A DNA stretch of 60,356 nt from a virus (taxonomy: Duplodnaviria; Caudoviricetes), in the IMG/VR virus record IMGVR_UViG_3300027593_000003, positions 1 to 60,356 of that record; one strand, given 5' to 3'. Positions 46,401 to 55,928 of this stretch are shown here, in pieces. The position numbers were made by a program, and so were the translations under genes. How positions within the stretch are numbered: the stretch's first letter is position 1; every line of letters begins with the position of its first letter. The notes beneath the pieces are model-generated. The model saw nothing but the letters and a program-made list of their open reading frames with translations, was not told the DNA's origin and did no database searches.

Positions 46401-47304
46401 AAAAGATCAACAAGAACTAGTAAGAGGACCTTTAGGAGACCTTGCAAAACAAATTGCTGCGGACTCAAAGGGATCGGATAAAGTTTTAGCAGCAGAGCTA
46501 AAGAAAATATTTACTGGCACATTAATTAATGAGAAGGGAGAGTCTATGGCAGGCAGAGTTATGTCTGCGACTCATCCAAAGGGTGTTTCCACCTATAAAC
46601 CTGGATCGGCAGATGCAGCATTAAAACAAGATGCTTCTGCGGCACTTGCAGGTGCCAAGGCAATCACAGGCGGAAAAACTATTGCAGATCTTTACAATGC
46701 TTATAAAGGTCTAGATGGTTCTAAGAAGGCTAGTACTAAAGACACGGCTATGAAAATTGCCGACAATATTTATGATAAGTATTTACAAAAAGACGGAAGT
46801 CTAAATTCTCAAGGTAGAAGAGCTATCATGAACGCAAACAGTCTTGGTGCTGGTCAATACTTTACATATGAAGGAAAAACATATAAGGGCAACAGCGGCG
46901 GAGCAAATGATTTCTTACCAGCAATTCTACAGTCAGCAGCGGGAGGATACATATCTGGCCCAGGAACTGGAACATCAGATTCTATTCCAGCAATGCTTTC
47001 AAACGGTGAGTTTGTTATTAATGCCAAGTCTGCAGCTTCCTTTGGATACGGAAATCTAGAATCAATTAATAAGATGGCGGCAGGTGGACTTGCTGCAAGA
47101 TTTGATATTCCATCATATAATACTTCATCTGGAATGAAACAAGGTGGGTCAGAATCAAGCACTTCTAATGTTACTATTAATGCTACACTTAACTTTGGAG
47201 AATCTCCTAAGAACGGCAGAGAGCTTTGGAAAGAATTTAAGCAGATGGCTAAAGCAGAGGGTGCAAAAATTGGAGAGAACATCGTTATAGGGGGAAATAA
47301 TTAA
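40462..47304 (+). CDS. tape measure protein with internal inserted domains
   Basis: 2280 aa; GLTVPL, TP901-like core, PAML.PGEFVIN motifs. Confidence 0.95.
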   Translation: MADENIVTNIVANADFSGLIADVNKVTASLSKLQAQIIQSDTRLASQVATMNRSFGENLRRTGQFSSHFVTLTSDVEKFGTNLDRGQMKLKQYFQTFQQHTKTQGGLIRDLAKQQVALQNAIIQPMGKNAQGLMQYSVHIPQGLDAVKNKTALARQELQIMNKVVQDGGVQLINWGKNTQWAGRQLTVGLTVPLAAFGKAAADAFRMADAELVRLTKVYGGVAATSAEELGKVRREVTQTAKEISKAYGVSFKDTITLAADIAATGKQGNELLQSVKETSRLAVLGEVDRQEAMKATLAIQTTFKQNTDQLSESINFLNSVENQTSTSLADLIEAIPKAGPVIQGMGGSVKDLALYMTAMKEGGINAAEGANALKSALASLINPTKVAKEKFADMGIDLGGIVTNNAGNLTETIFELQKALDNLDPLQKQQAIEQLFGKFQFARLNALFSNLGKQGSQTLQVMDLMKASSQELEQVAGRELSMVTESASGKYKRAVEGLKADLAGIGDEFLKIQTFFINVVDGVIKFINKLPDPIKSLLTFVTGFTAIIGPVIMLTGVLANFFGYIIKGASHFRALFKGGEGWKMLTPEILAAQKAGSLVEATFYSDAKAATVLKTAIAGLVTEFELLQSKAMTGAISASPAISTMAGNVVKGSGARVVDPNHPLISPEDTRSMSHLNPVAGMTMDQKSTQTIFGTVPGAPKVNQKIGNNPQMYMSGDLPKIPGLTSIGGASTGIVAAEAAKWHAMTGALAMQSQAEIALLKKEVASTGLITASLSDSYQALLPTMTKLTANAATESAAIVAQLQAGKLTVDQARAKIIQLNAQVESMIAQASVDIAGQQGRTIGLTTVPLLNQPVVNAAGKTNMKELLRPGRTRDLLNKIARGLGVKTFGAGYSTETTIPKRFNTGSLVPGTGNTDTVPAMLTPGEFVINKEATAANLPLLQAINNGQQSNTGQYNIGGIVQAFLKMNRGGSSKPMVSKRLIDKLFPGRLTSRANAEYYEPKGNTGVFGGNVSNRKISASTAKINKDMEGDGVDPRTLLASVNARGGGSRLSTDVFLDGLVGAGVITKAEKRRLSKLVFNAYAKKVLSMGKVNDTNNPVYSVSESLLRKELGGNAIGIEAWDKWSRSPGSFAHPTRRSSTGFLNQIQAGGRSIRFSNLEASKQNKFYHSKESSNPFIQILASLFGATKLNRGGPVGNVLKSTAFKNIGARFGKIGEKWGATSLSIGMGKKLFGGSGLTPKAQNLMYGKLVENLEKERPYGYVTNEQGHLKNALEPHVVDILIKSAAGDVLQSGGKNLSKIDREILRTKFANWDNKSWTPSTGKVRKQMFGMNAGGMVPGAQYFNRGGRVKGVQYFNDGTKNPVQRITFGSAYKQERAKGNIGTGMMGAGPMAGMGIGMGMQMAGGAIGGQAGQMMQFASVLPMLAPNMLGSLSKLAGGFKGVGGAAGIAGKAIGLAMRFALGPVGLLLTALTAGYAIFKKFKQEQEQNKIEKTNSVGITEKSAAEAGIKYNNLSNSIKAVNDQLDLTRAKGRNAYEALNSAGVQGLTLSIKELRAGIKNAKENQKELVGTFTDIDVSGDADKQAKVTEIATNLKAQFIAAGISAQEATNKIYAIISASDKADMAFNAISSKGFREIVDAGTAADAMLEKLLNTSLSGDDLGMAISNTIDAFDESLAKILKTKDANGELITQQEAISKILDDINSKENSQLQLGTAKLESLKETHPELAKVLNAADNVAGMYAKWRLRLAGVRTDLSAITSEQAQALLAFESALDSSIAASESKSSGSGIGAKSQKSIAALQKLITAGGQKAAVAAQKTQDQIKEEIKLIDKKIDKINEEADARKKALEASQNKENLALEIQKAQLEYADKMAAGDMAGAAQAQLKIKQLVGERETQKSIDAIEENRAKREKELIAQREKLQAQSDKAAKNLASAQNNATSAGERMNKVDQYQNEYQRLVKEQARLDVILAENPEDKKALKDQQELVRGPLGDLAKQIAADSKGSDKVLAAELKKIFTGTLINEKGESMAGRVMSATHPKGVSTYKPGSADAALKQDASAALAGAKAITGGKTIADLYNAYKGLDGSKKASTKDTAMKIADNIYDKYLQKDGSLNSQGRRAIMNANSLGAGQYFTYEGKTYKGNSGGANDFLPAILQSAAGGYISGPGTGTSDSIPAMLSNGEFVINAKSAASFGYGNLESINKMAAGGLAARFDIPSYNTSSGMKQGGSESSTSNVTINATLNFGESPKNGRELWKEFKQMAKAEGAKIGENIVIGGNN

Positions 47305-47786
47305 TGGCAACTACAGTATATTTACCAGTAGGCTCACTTCTTTATATTGATACATCTGCTACAGACACCCCTACTTGGGCAAAACTTTCAGAGCACAATA
47401 GACAGCCAATGTCTATTAATCAAAACCGTTTTCAAAAAGTAACAAGAATGAGCAATGGAACACTTAGAAAGTTCTTTATTGCAGATAAAAGAGAATTTAG
47501 CACATCCTGGGAAATGCTACCATCATTTTCAAATATGACCGTAGATGCAGGATACGGAGCAATAGATTTAAAATCATATTTTGAAGGCACTAAGGGCCAG
47601 GGAGTTTTTAAACTTAAGATAGTATATGGTAAAAATCAAACAACACCATTTGCAGATAGAGAAGAAATATTTACGGTGTCTTTTACATCTTGCAGTTTTG
47701 AGGTAATAAAGAGAAACGTCAAGGATTCTTCAAGCGATCCAGCTCAAGAATTTTGGAATGTATCTATTGCAATGGAGCAGGTATAA
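47304..47786 (+). CDS. distal tail protein
   Basis: RMSNGTLR, W.MLP; directly after tape measure. Confidence 0.65.
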   Translation: MATTVYLPVGSLLYIDTSATDTPTWAKLSEHNRQPMSINQNRFQKVTRMSNGTLRKFFIADKREFSTSWEMLPSFSNMTVDAGYGAIDLKSYFEGTKGQGVFKLKIVYGKNQTTPFADREEIFTVSFTSCSFEVIKRNVKDSSSDPAQEFWNVSIAMEQV

Positions 47787-50026
47787 TGATTACCACAATT
47801 CCATCAAATAACAATACTGTTGTTCAAAATCTATTTAAGCAAAAATCTTCTGTTAAAATAAACACTGGATGTACAATAGAATACAACATGAACTCTATGC
47901 TTGATAACATTACCGTTACATATCCATCTACAATGGATCAATATTATGCCAAGTCAGCAGATGGCAAGATCAATACATATAAAAAACTTTTTCCAATTGA
48001 TTCAATTATCAAGCCATTTAGACCGCTCTTCTCTGGAGTAAAGTATCTCATCTGGACAAAGCTACAAACAGATACTCCTGCAAATAGTTTTTATGCTCCA
48101 AGAACATTAATTTATCCACGAGCAACATCCCCACAAACAGACGGGTATGAGTCTGCCGTTACAACTTTGTACCCCAGACTTTATTACCCTGGGCTAACAA
48201 CTTCATATAAGTATTGGGTAACACCAATAAATCAAAGCGCAGATTTAACCGTTAATTATTCTATTCTTTCTGCAACAATTAAAGAAGCTTCTTCTTCGGG
48301 CTCTGTTGTCACATACAAAACATTAAACAACCATGGATTCTCTTCAGGCCAAACAGTAACGATTACTGGTCTTTCAACATCTTCTTTTAATTTATCTTCA
48401 AGCGTAATTGCTTCTACTCCAAGCCCAACATCTTTTACTATTGCTTCGTCTGCCACGGGAGCGTGGGCAAGAGCGCAATCTGCAACAGCAACATTATCCG
48501 CAGCAACAAAGCCTGCTGTGTCAAATAAGATAGTTGCAAGATTTGAAAAAACTCATGCATTCCCAAGTAATTACACAATGACAATTACCTATTCAGATGC
48601 AACAACGGCAACCGTAGGCCCATCATCTGTAGACCTATCAGGACAAATTGTTTTGTACTACAACGGAACTACATGGACTTCAACAGAGCCAGCCTCTTAT
48701 GCTACACCTAAATTAATTAAATCAATTAGGCTTCAAGCAACAAATCCAGGAGGCGGAAAAGTATTAGGGGTTATTGAGTTATCAGCAAGATGGATAAAAG
48801 ATATATCCTCAGACATAGTTTCTCTTGATATTGAAAAAGAATCTTCTTCAAGCTCAGAGGAGATACTTCCTGTTGGAAAGATTACTGCAAACAGCCTAAG
48901 TATAGACATTGTTAAATATAATCAATCTGCACTTGAATACGTTTCATATAATAGAGAATCAAATTTTGATATAACAAAAACATACCTAGTTAAGAATGCA
49001 GAAATGAAGCCTTACTTTTCCGTGTACCACTCTGCAGGAACATATGGGTCGGCGGGAGATTTGTATGACAAGGTTCCACAAGGATCATTTTATATAGATT
49101 CCTGGGAAATAGCAGATACTGGCGAAGTGTCTTTAAATGCATTAGATGCCGCTAAATATCTAATGGATACAGTAGCACCAGATATTTTATGCGAAGCATA
49201 CCCAGTAACCAGTATTATAAGAAGACTGCTAGACTCTATAGGATTCACAAGCTACGAAATTAGAACTGCATTAGATGACAAGTCTGTCCCTGTTATTAAT
49301 TATTGGTGGACAAATGGTTCTAAAACAGTTTGGCAGGCCCTTCAAGAGTTATGCCGTGATATACAAATGAATGCTTTCTTTGATGAAAATAACATTTTGC
49401 AGTTTGCAAGCCGTGATTACATTTACAAGAAGACAGGCATAGACTGGGCATTTACTTATGATGCAGATGGAACGACGCTTCCAAATATAATTAATTTTAA
49501 TAAGCAGGAAATCCCTTCTGCAAACCAAGTTAAAATTTTGTGGCAAAGCCAACTTACATCGAACTATGCTGGAAACTCGGGAGATTTGTGGACCGATGAG
49601 GTTTCGTACCTAAGTGCTGGAGGATTAAGATCAAGCATAGCAGCAGACACGTCACCAGAAAACACAATACTTGCAGTAGATGTAGAAACATTAGACGATT
49701 ACAGTAATGCAACCTTGTATAATTTTGCGGGATATGTTATGATTGATTCAGAAATAATTGAGTACGATGCAATACAATATCAATATACACCTATAGGATC
49801 AACAACATCTCAAAACGTATGGGTTGAATCATCATCAGATGTAAATAAATTTAGATACCTGTCTAGACCAGGATATGACCTTGTGTCAAAGCAAACATTT
49901 TTTAGACCTACAGGTTTGTACCGTGTAAAGACAAGAGGAGCATTTGGAACCACACCAGCATATCACGCAGCCTCCGCCCTTACTGGTTTGGCTGACTGGT
50001 CTCAAAGAAAGGCGACGTGGGAGTAA
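47786..50026 (+). CDS. tail tip/hub protein
   Basis: QGSFYIDSW, WQALQEL, FFDE.N.L.F; start by TAATG overlap. Confidence 0.7.
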   Translation: MITTIPSNNNTVVQNLFKQKSSVKINTGCTIEYNMNSMLDNITVTYPSTMDQYYAKSADGKINTYKKLFPIDSIIKPFRPLFSGVKYLIWTKLQTDTPANSFYAPRTLIYPRATSPQTDGYESAVTTLYPRLYYPGLTTSYKYWVTPINQSADLTVNYSILSATIKEASSSGSVVTYKTLNNHGFSSGQTVTITGLSTSSFNLSSSVIASTPSPTSFTIASSATGAWARAQSATATLSAATKPAVSNKIVARFEKTHAFPSNYTMTITYSDATTATVGPSSVDLSGQIVLYYNGTTWTSTEPASYATPKLIKSIRLQATNPGGGKVLGVIELSARWIKDISSDIVSLDIEKESSSSSEEILPVGKITANSLSIDIVKYNQSALEYVSYNRESNFDITKTYLVKNAEMKPYFSVYHSAGTYGSAGDLYDKVPQGSFYIDSWEIADTGEVSLNALDAAKYLMDTVAPDILCEAYPVTSIIRRLLDSIGFTSYEIRTALDDKSVPVINYWWTNGSKTVWQALQELCRDIQMNAFFDENNILQFASRDYIYKKTGIDWAFTYDADGTTLPNIINFNKQEIPSANQVKILWQSQLTSNYAGNSGDLWTDEVSYLSAGGLRSSIAADTSPENTILAVDVETLDDYSNATLYNFAGYVMIDSEIIEYDAIQYQYTPIGSTTSQNVWVESSSDVNKFRYLSRPGYDLVSKQTFFRPTGLYRVKTRGAFGTTPAYHAASALTGLADWSQRKATWE

Positions 50027-51738
50027 TGGGAGCATATAGAGAATATGAATCTTACATTCCCCTATCAACTACTAATATTGGTGCAATACCAGAAATAACT
50101 TTTATTTCAACTTCATCAATTTCCGTAAAAATTTCTAAAACAAATATGACGGTGGAACCAACAAGCTACTCTGTAACATACTATAAGATAGATTCAGCAG
50201 GAGCTATTGTTTCTGGCACTTCTCAAACCGTAACAAAAACTGAAAATCCGTTTACAATAAGTGGTCTTTCAACAAATCAATCTTATGGAATTTCTGTAAA
50301 AGCAAGCAACGGCAGCACGTTTGGCAACAGTGTATATAGGTCATTTGCAACCCCAATAGAATATAATGTGGCGGGGTATAAGGGTACAGTAGTAGATCCT
50401 AATAAAGCTGCAGCTGCAAAGTCATTTTTAAGAATGTCTAATAGCTCAAAAAGCCCAAAAGAATACTCTGTTGCCTATAGAACATTTAATGCAATATCAT
50501 TGCCAACGTTTACAACATCGTATGCTGGGCTTCCCTCATATATTCAAGAAGCAATAAGATTAAACTCAACACGACATTACGCATTTGGCACAAAAATGTT
50601 TTTAGAGTCTACGATTGATAGAACAAGGCAGTCGGCTGGTCTTGGGTTTTTTGTAGACGGGCAAGGCAACGATGGGTATTATATTTTAATTGATAGTACA
50701 GAAACAGCGGGGGCGGTAAATAAAAAAGAAGTTAGAATATGCAAGGTAAAAGGCGGAGACATACGTGTATTAAATGATACTCAAAAAAATACGGTAACTA
50801 GCCTTAATGGAGTATACGGAGGAAGATCTTATGATATTGATGTTAAGGTTAAGGTTAATCTGTCAACAGTAAAAATCAGCGTATATATAAATGGATTTTT
50901 GATTTCTGCTACAGATAGCACTGGCGTATATGAAGATGACAATGGTAAAAGCTCTGTAACCCAAATATTAAATCCGACAAAAACAATTGCCCTTGTATGT
51001 AAATATGGAGAGGCTATATTTGACTACGTATATGGTACAGATATAGATGAAAAGAAATATAATGATTCTGAGTTTGTAAAAAATATGTATAGAGGATCTT
51101 TTTCTAATGATTATCTAGATATTGGATTTGGAGACATCATCTACAATAATTCTGTAGAAGAAGACAATGCCAACAAGCCAGTAGGCATAGACGAGTTTGG
51201 AACCTCAGTTAGAGAAATAAGAAAAGTATCTTTAAGATACAACAGCGCCCCAGCATACCCAATTAAATTTTCAACAGGGCTAAATACATCGGTAAAAATA
51301 TTGGGATCAAGAGTTAGCAATTTTGGCGGGGAGACCTATGTATTAAATAATAGCTCTGCCCTTACTCCATTAAATGATGAAAAGGCAGCAACATTTTATT
51401 TATATGGAGATACAATTGCCCCATCTGGAACTTTAGAATACAACTCAGATATTCTGTCAGAGTATATTAATCAAGAGCCCATCATATTTGAATCCTCTTG
51501 GCTACAAAACCTTTCGGATGTAGAGGCACTTGGCGCATGGATTAAAAATAACATTGTAAACAAAGGTAGACTAATTAATCTATCAGTATTTGGAAATCCA
51601 TTTATTGCCGTTGGCGATATTGTATCAGTAAAGTATTTATATCAAGGGTTAGATGGTACACAAAAATTTATAGTTACAAACGTTAGACATTCGTTTAGCG
51701 ACGGGCTGGATACGGAGATCACATGTCGATCATTATAG
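50026..51738 (+). CDS. minor tail protein (FN3 + lectin-like + C-terminal hub motif)
   Basis: FTISGL..NQSY.I.V.A; FGNP.I.VGDIV. Confidence 0.7.
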   Translation: MGAYREYESYIPLSTTNIGAIPEITFISTSSISVKISKTNMTVEPTSYSVTYYKIDSAGAIVSGTSQTVTKTENPFTISGLSTNQSYGISVKASNGSTFGNSVYRSFATPIEYNVAGYKGTVVDPNKAAAAKSFLRMSNSSKSPKEYSVAYRTFNAISLPTFTTSYAGLPSYIQEAIRLNSTRHYAFGTKMFLESTIDRTRQSAGLGFFVDGQGNDGYYILIDSTETAGAVNKKEVRICKVKGGDIRVLNDTQKNTVTSLNGVYGGRSYDIDVKVKVNLSTVKISVYINGFLISATDSTGVYEDDNGKSSVTQILNPTKTIALVCKYGEAIFDYVYGTDIDEKKYNDSEFVKNMYRGSFSNDYLDIGFGDIIYNNSVEEDNANKPVGIDEFGTSVREIRKVSLRYNSAPAYPIKFSTGLNTSVKILGSRVSNFGGETYVLNNSSALTPLNDEKAATFYLYGDTIAPSGTLEYNSDILSEYINQEPIIFESSWLQNLSDVEALGAWIKNNIVNKGRLINLSVFGNPFIAVGDIVSVKYLYQGLDGTQKFIVTNVRHSFSDGLDTEITCRSL

Positions 51739-51762
51739 TCGACCAGATGATATAATAATAAA

Positions 51763-52539
51763 ATGACAAAAGACACTAATAGAGTTGACGGAAAATCGGT
51801 TGTTGTTGGGCCTCCAATTGTTTTGCCAAAAAATTCTCCTGACCGTGTTTTTTTAAGAAGAACAGTTGGAATAGACATTGAAGAAGGTTTTAATTCAAAC
51901 GGAGTTAGTCCATTTCTTATGGGTTCAGGCTCAGGAATCGGTGGTCCTGGCGGAAGCACCCCAGTAGATCCAAATCCACCAGGAGCAATAAGCGATATAC
52001 CACAATTAAGCGATATTGAAAATATTACCTATCAACAATATTATAACAGCGCTAACGCAGTAAGAATTAAAGCTATTATTAAAATTAGAAACTCTAGTAA
52101 AAATAAAGCAAATGTTATAGGAGTAGATGCAAGAAACCAGCCAAGTGGTAAAACATCTTCAGCAGATCCTGTAATACCAGTAGGATTTACACAGCCTTCT
52201 CCTTCCGTTCCTTCAGTTGCTTTTGACAGAACTGGAACAGCAGTAGCTTGGGGATGGAACAATGTATCTGGATTAGGATCTTATCAATCAGTTACTTATC
52301 AGTGGGAAATAAGATCATCTTCAAGTGTTACAAGTACAAAAATAAGTTCGGGAACAAAGACATACGTCTCTGGCGGACTATTATCAATAGGAGATAGTGG
52401 AAAAACTAGAAATTATAGAGTTAGCTCGGCGCAAGGAGATACGGCTGCAACAGCTTCTCAAAGATGGCTACGAGTTAGAGCGGTTGTTTTGGCGACAGAT
52501 GGCAAAACATATTATTCGGGATATTCTACACCAATCTAA
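51763..52539 (+). CDS. minor tail protein
   Basis: Leaderless TGATATAAT promoter (51748-51756); FN3-like C-half. Confidence 0.6.
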   Translation: MTKDTNRVDGKSVVVGPPIVLPKNSPDRVFLRRTVGIDIEEGFNSNGVSPFLMGSGSGIGGPGGSTPVDPNPPGAISDIPQLSDIENITYQQYYNSANAVRIKAIIKIRNSSKNKANVIGVDARNQPSGKTSSADPVIPVGFTQPSPSVPSVAFDRTGTAVAWGWNNVSGLGSYQSVTYQWEIRSSSSVTSTKISSGTKTYVSGGLLSIGDSGKTRNYRVSSAQGDTAATASQRWLRVRAVVLATDGKTYYSGYSTPI

Positions 52540-52547
52540 GGGGAATC

Positions 52548-53471
52548 ATGATAAAGGGAACATACATATATTACGAAGATGGCCAAGAGGTATATAGGTC
52601 TGAAAACGTTATTACTAAATACGGCAAAAGGTTTTTAACAAACTTTATAGCTGGAAGAGATTCGTTTGCATCAAAGTCCATGGCCTTTGGAATTGATAGT
52701 ACGGCAGCCCTAGATACAAACACAAGATTAGGTTTTGAGTTTTACAGAACCCCTGTTCTTTTTGGAAGTACAGACATACAGACATTAAATGATACATCGA
52801 CATATGCCGTAGTATATAAAGCAACAATCCCACAGGATGTTTCTGGTTACATTACAGAAGTTGGTTTGTATCCAGAATATAAAGAGTCCCTGGCCTCTTA
52901 TGATAGTAAGTTTATAGCAGATTTTGAAAACCAGCTAGACTGGACCAACTTTCCATTGATAACAACAACAGATGCTAGAGTTGGTCAATATCTTTTGTCT
53001 ATGTCTTCAAATGGAACGTCGGCACAAGAATATAAAACAAATGTACAGCCCATAGATCTTTCAGGTTATAGTGTTAATGATACATTAAGGTTAGCCTATG
53101 TAAAAAATGATGCCAACCTACAAAACATTATAATTAAGTTTTATAGCTCAGCGCTAGACTATTATTCTGTAACCGTCACACCAGAAGCGGGGACTGGATA
53201 TAAAATATCGTCTGATATAACTATAGATAATTTATTTTTAAATGCCAGCACAGGAAATGTTGATCCTTCTAACATTAATCAAATTGGAATTGTTGTAACA
53301 CCAGTTTCTGCACAATCAACATCCGTAGGCCTAGATGCTTTAAGAATTAACGATGAAGATACTTTTAGCCCAAACTTTGGTTTAATTAGCCGCTCAGTTT
53401 TATCTACACCATTAGTTAAATTAGCTGGAAGGCAAGTAGACGTAGAATATAGATTGGATTTAGGATTCTAA
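52548..53471 (+). CDS. minor tail/baseplate protein
   Basis: NVITKYGK, ITEVGLY, VEY motifs typical of fibre-attachment proteins. Confidence 0.6.
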   Translation: MIKGTYIYYEDGQEVYRSENVITKYGKRFLTNFIAGRDSFASKSMAFGIDSTAALDTNTRLGFEFYRTPVLFGSTDIQTLNDTSTYAVVYKATIPQDVSGYITEVGLYPEYKESLASYDSKFIADFENQLDWTNFPLITTTDARVGQYLLSMSSNGTSAQEYKTNVQPIDLSGYSVNDTLRLAYVKNDANLQNIIIKFYSSALDYYSVTVTPEAGTGYKISSDITIDNLFLNASTGNVDPSNINQIGIVVTPVSAQSTSVGLDALRINDEDTFSPNFGLISRSVLSTPLVKLAGRQVDVEYRLDLGF

Positions 53472-53472
53472 T

Positions 53473-55923
53473 ATGGCTTATGAAGATCTAGATGACTATA
53501 GCGTAGGTGCTGCTGGCAGCGATACGTTTGATATTGTCATCCCAGATCTAGATCCTTCTAGTGCATATCCAATTCAATTTAGATGGCAGTTTGCAGATAA
53601 AACATCAGGACTATGGTCTGTCTCTAAAGTGCTATACACTCCAGAGATTGCTCGACCAGAGTCAACAAACGTTGTAGCGGTATGGAATGGAACTAACCTA
53701 GAAATTTCATGGGAAGCTCCAAATCTTGCAAACGGATTTACAATATATTTAACCTCTGGAGCAACGACAGTACCATTTGGCTATACGTTAGATAAAACAA
53801 AAACTACACAAAAATTTATTATTTCTTCAAGAGATTTAATTAATAACTTTGCAAGTGTTCTCCCAACAACCTTAACTGGTTTGCTAAAAACTACTTACAT
53901 AGATACATCTACTGTTGGAACAGCGTTTGCCATACCTCCTTATGCGGATGCTATTTCTAATCAAAATATTTTAGATGCAGATTGGTCAGTACTTTCCGTT
54001 TCAAATGGATTTACAGTTTCTTGGGGTGGAACATTAGTTTCTTCTGCTGAATATAAATACACCGAGGTCCACACTTCATCTTCTCAGGCAGGCACTTATG
54101 ACATAGTGTATTCTGGCATAGGTCCAGCTATTGTAACGGTTGCATCTTTATCTACAAACTATATTAAAATCAAGCACGTATCTGTTACAGGATTAAAGTC
54201 TAGTTTTTCAAACGTCAAACAGGCAGTGCCATTTGATCCAATAGTTTTTGATGACACTCCGCCAACTAATAATTTTTCCCTAGGCACTGCTACAGTAACT
54301 GATGATTCAAACGGATTATTTTCTTTTGACAAAAAGGTATTGTTTACGTGGACAGAAAATGCAGACAGCAGCACATCTGGATACAGAATAAGATTTAGAA
54401 TTGCTGGATCAGGATCAGTTTATACGTACATGTCTGTTCCAGGAAAAGAAAAAACTTCTACCTATATATATGGTTTAAAAGGCGGCAAATCTTATGAAGT
54501 TGCAGTAAGCACATTTGATATCTATGGTAATACTAATGAAACGCAATGGCAAACTTATCCAAACATAGTAGCTCCAGTAAGCAATTCTCTTTTGCCAGAT
54601 GTTGCAATTACAGCTGGAGATATGAAATTAGGATATGGAATCAGTTCAGATAATTCTAAAAAAGGATTGTATATTGCCCCAGATAACTACTGGTATGTTC
54701 AAGGAAACACAAACGTATCAAGTGCTGCATACTTATCAGTTGGAGGCGCAACGGATAAACTGGTTTGGAATGGAACAAGCCTATCCGTAACTGGAACTGT
54801 TAATGCAAATGCTGGCAATTTTACTGGCTCTATTCAAGTAGGAGGCCAATTTAAACTTACTACTGCAACAGGAACTAAAATTGAAATGGGAGCTCTTACA
54901 AATGCTTCAGGGGCATATACAGGTGGAGTTGGTATTCAAGGAACAGATGCAAATGGTACTCTATTTCAGCTGGACACATCTTCTGGAATTATTGCTAATA
55001 AGGGAACAATTGGCGGATGGACAATCAGCGAAACAGAAATAAAAAGAGGAAATACCAGCCTAGGGGCAAGCGGTGCAATTTCAGCAGGAGCCGCTGGACA
55101 GTTTTCCGTATCATCAGCAGGAGCTCTTAGCGCAACAGGTGCTACTATAAGCGGAGAGATAAAAGCAACCTCTGGATTTATTGGAAGTACAAATGGATCA
55201 ACAGCAACTGGTTTTAATTTTAATGCTACACAAATTACTTCAGTTGGTTTCCCATCAGGATCATCACAAATTATACTAGATGGATCAACTGGAACAATTT
55301 CGGGCGGAAAAATTAATGGTACATTAATTACGGGATCAGATATTACTATGAGTGGTTCGGCAACACAGTATGGCACTTCGACAACAAAATTATTATTTTC
55401 AGCATCAGATTATAAAATAGCTGCTGGATCATCTACTTTTACCTATCCAAGCAACACTGGTTATTACGATGGAGACGGAGAATGGGTTAGTACAGGTGCT
55501 TCAACTATCGTTACAAATAATGATATTAGATTTACAGACAACACGTGGGGTGGAGCAGTACCAACTGTAGGCGTCTCAACATTTTCTTACGGAGAACTTT
55601 GGCTAGGCTCAGGAAATGGAACTACAACCGCAGGAACAGTAGATTTATTTGCAAACTTCCCTGGAGATTACATTGGAATAAGTCTTACAGCTAACTCAAC
55701 AACTCAAAACATAATTATAAAAGGCCCTGCTGGCGCAGGATTTGGATCATCATACGTGCACAGAAGCAGTGCTACAGACTCAAGCAAAGAGTCTCCAGCA
55801 TTTCTTCAGGTAGACTCTGGTGGCAGACTAACTAGAGGAAGAGCTATATTTTCAGGTGGTTCATCTGCTCCAAGTTCAGACATCGGCCTACAAGGCGATC
55901 TATACTTTTCGACTGCGAGTTAA
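53473..55923 (+). CDS. tail fibre/spike with FN3 domains
   Basis: SGYRIR..YIYGL.GG.SYEVAV; GTIGGWTI; Gly-rich beta repeats; GDLYF end. Confidence 0.75.
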   Translation: MAYEDLDDYSVGAAGSDTFDIVIPDLDPSSAYPIQFRWQFADKTSGLWSVSKVLYTPEIARPESTNVVAVWNGTNLEISWEAPNLANGFTIYLTSGATTVPFGYTLDKTKTTQKFIISSRDLINNFASVLPTTLTGLLKTTYIDTSTVGTAFAIPPYADAISNQNILDADWSVLSVSNGFTVSWGGTLVSSAEYKYTEVHTSSSQAGTYDIVYSGIGPAIVTVASLSTNYIKIKHVSVTGLKSSFSNVKQAVPFDPIVFDDTPPTNNFSLGTATVTDDSNGLFSFDKKVLFTWTENADSSTSGYRIRFRIAGSGSVYTYMSVPGKEKTSTYIYGLKGGKSYEVAVSTFDIYGNTNETQWQTYPNIVAPVSNSLLPDVAITAGDMKLGYGISSDNSKKGLYIAPDNYWYVQGNTNVSSAAYLSVGGATDKLVWNGTSLSVTGTVNANAGNFTGSIQVGGQFKLTTATGTKIEMGALTNASGAYTGGVGIQGTDANGTLFQLDTSSGIIANKGTIGGWTISETEIKRGNTSLGASGAISAGAAGQFSVSSAGALSATGATISGEIKATSGFIGSTNGSTATGFNFNATQITSVGFPSGSSQIILDGSTGTISGGKINGTLITGSDITMSGSATQYGTSTTKLLFSASDYKIAAGSSTFTYPSNTGYYDGDGEWVSTGASTIVTNNDIRFTDNTWGGAVPTVGVSTFSYGELWLGSGNGTTTAGTVDLFANFPGDYIGISLTANSTTQNIIIKGPAGAGFGSSYVHRSSATDSSKESPAFLQVDSGGRLTRGRAIFSGGSSAPSSDIGLQGDLYFSTAS

Positions 55924-55928
55924 TATAA

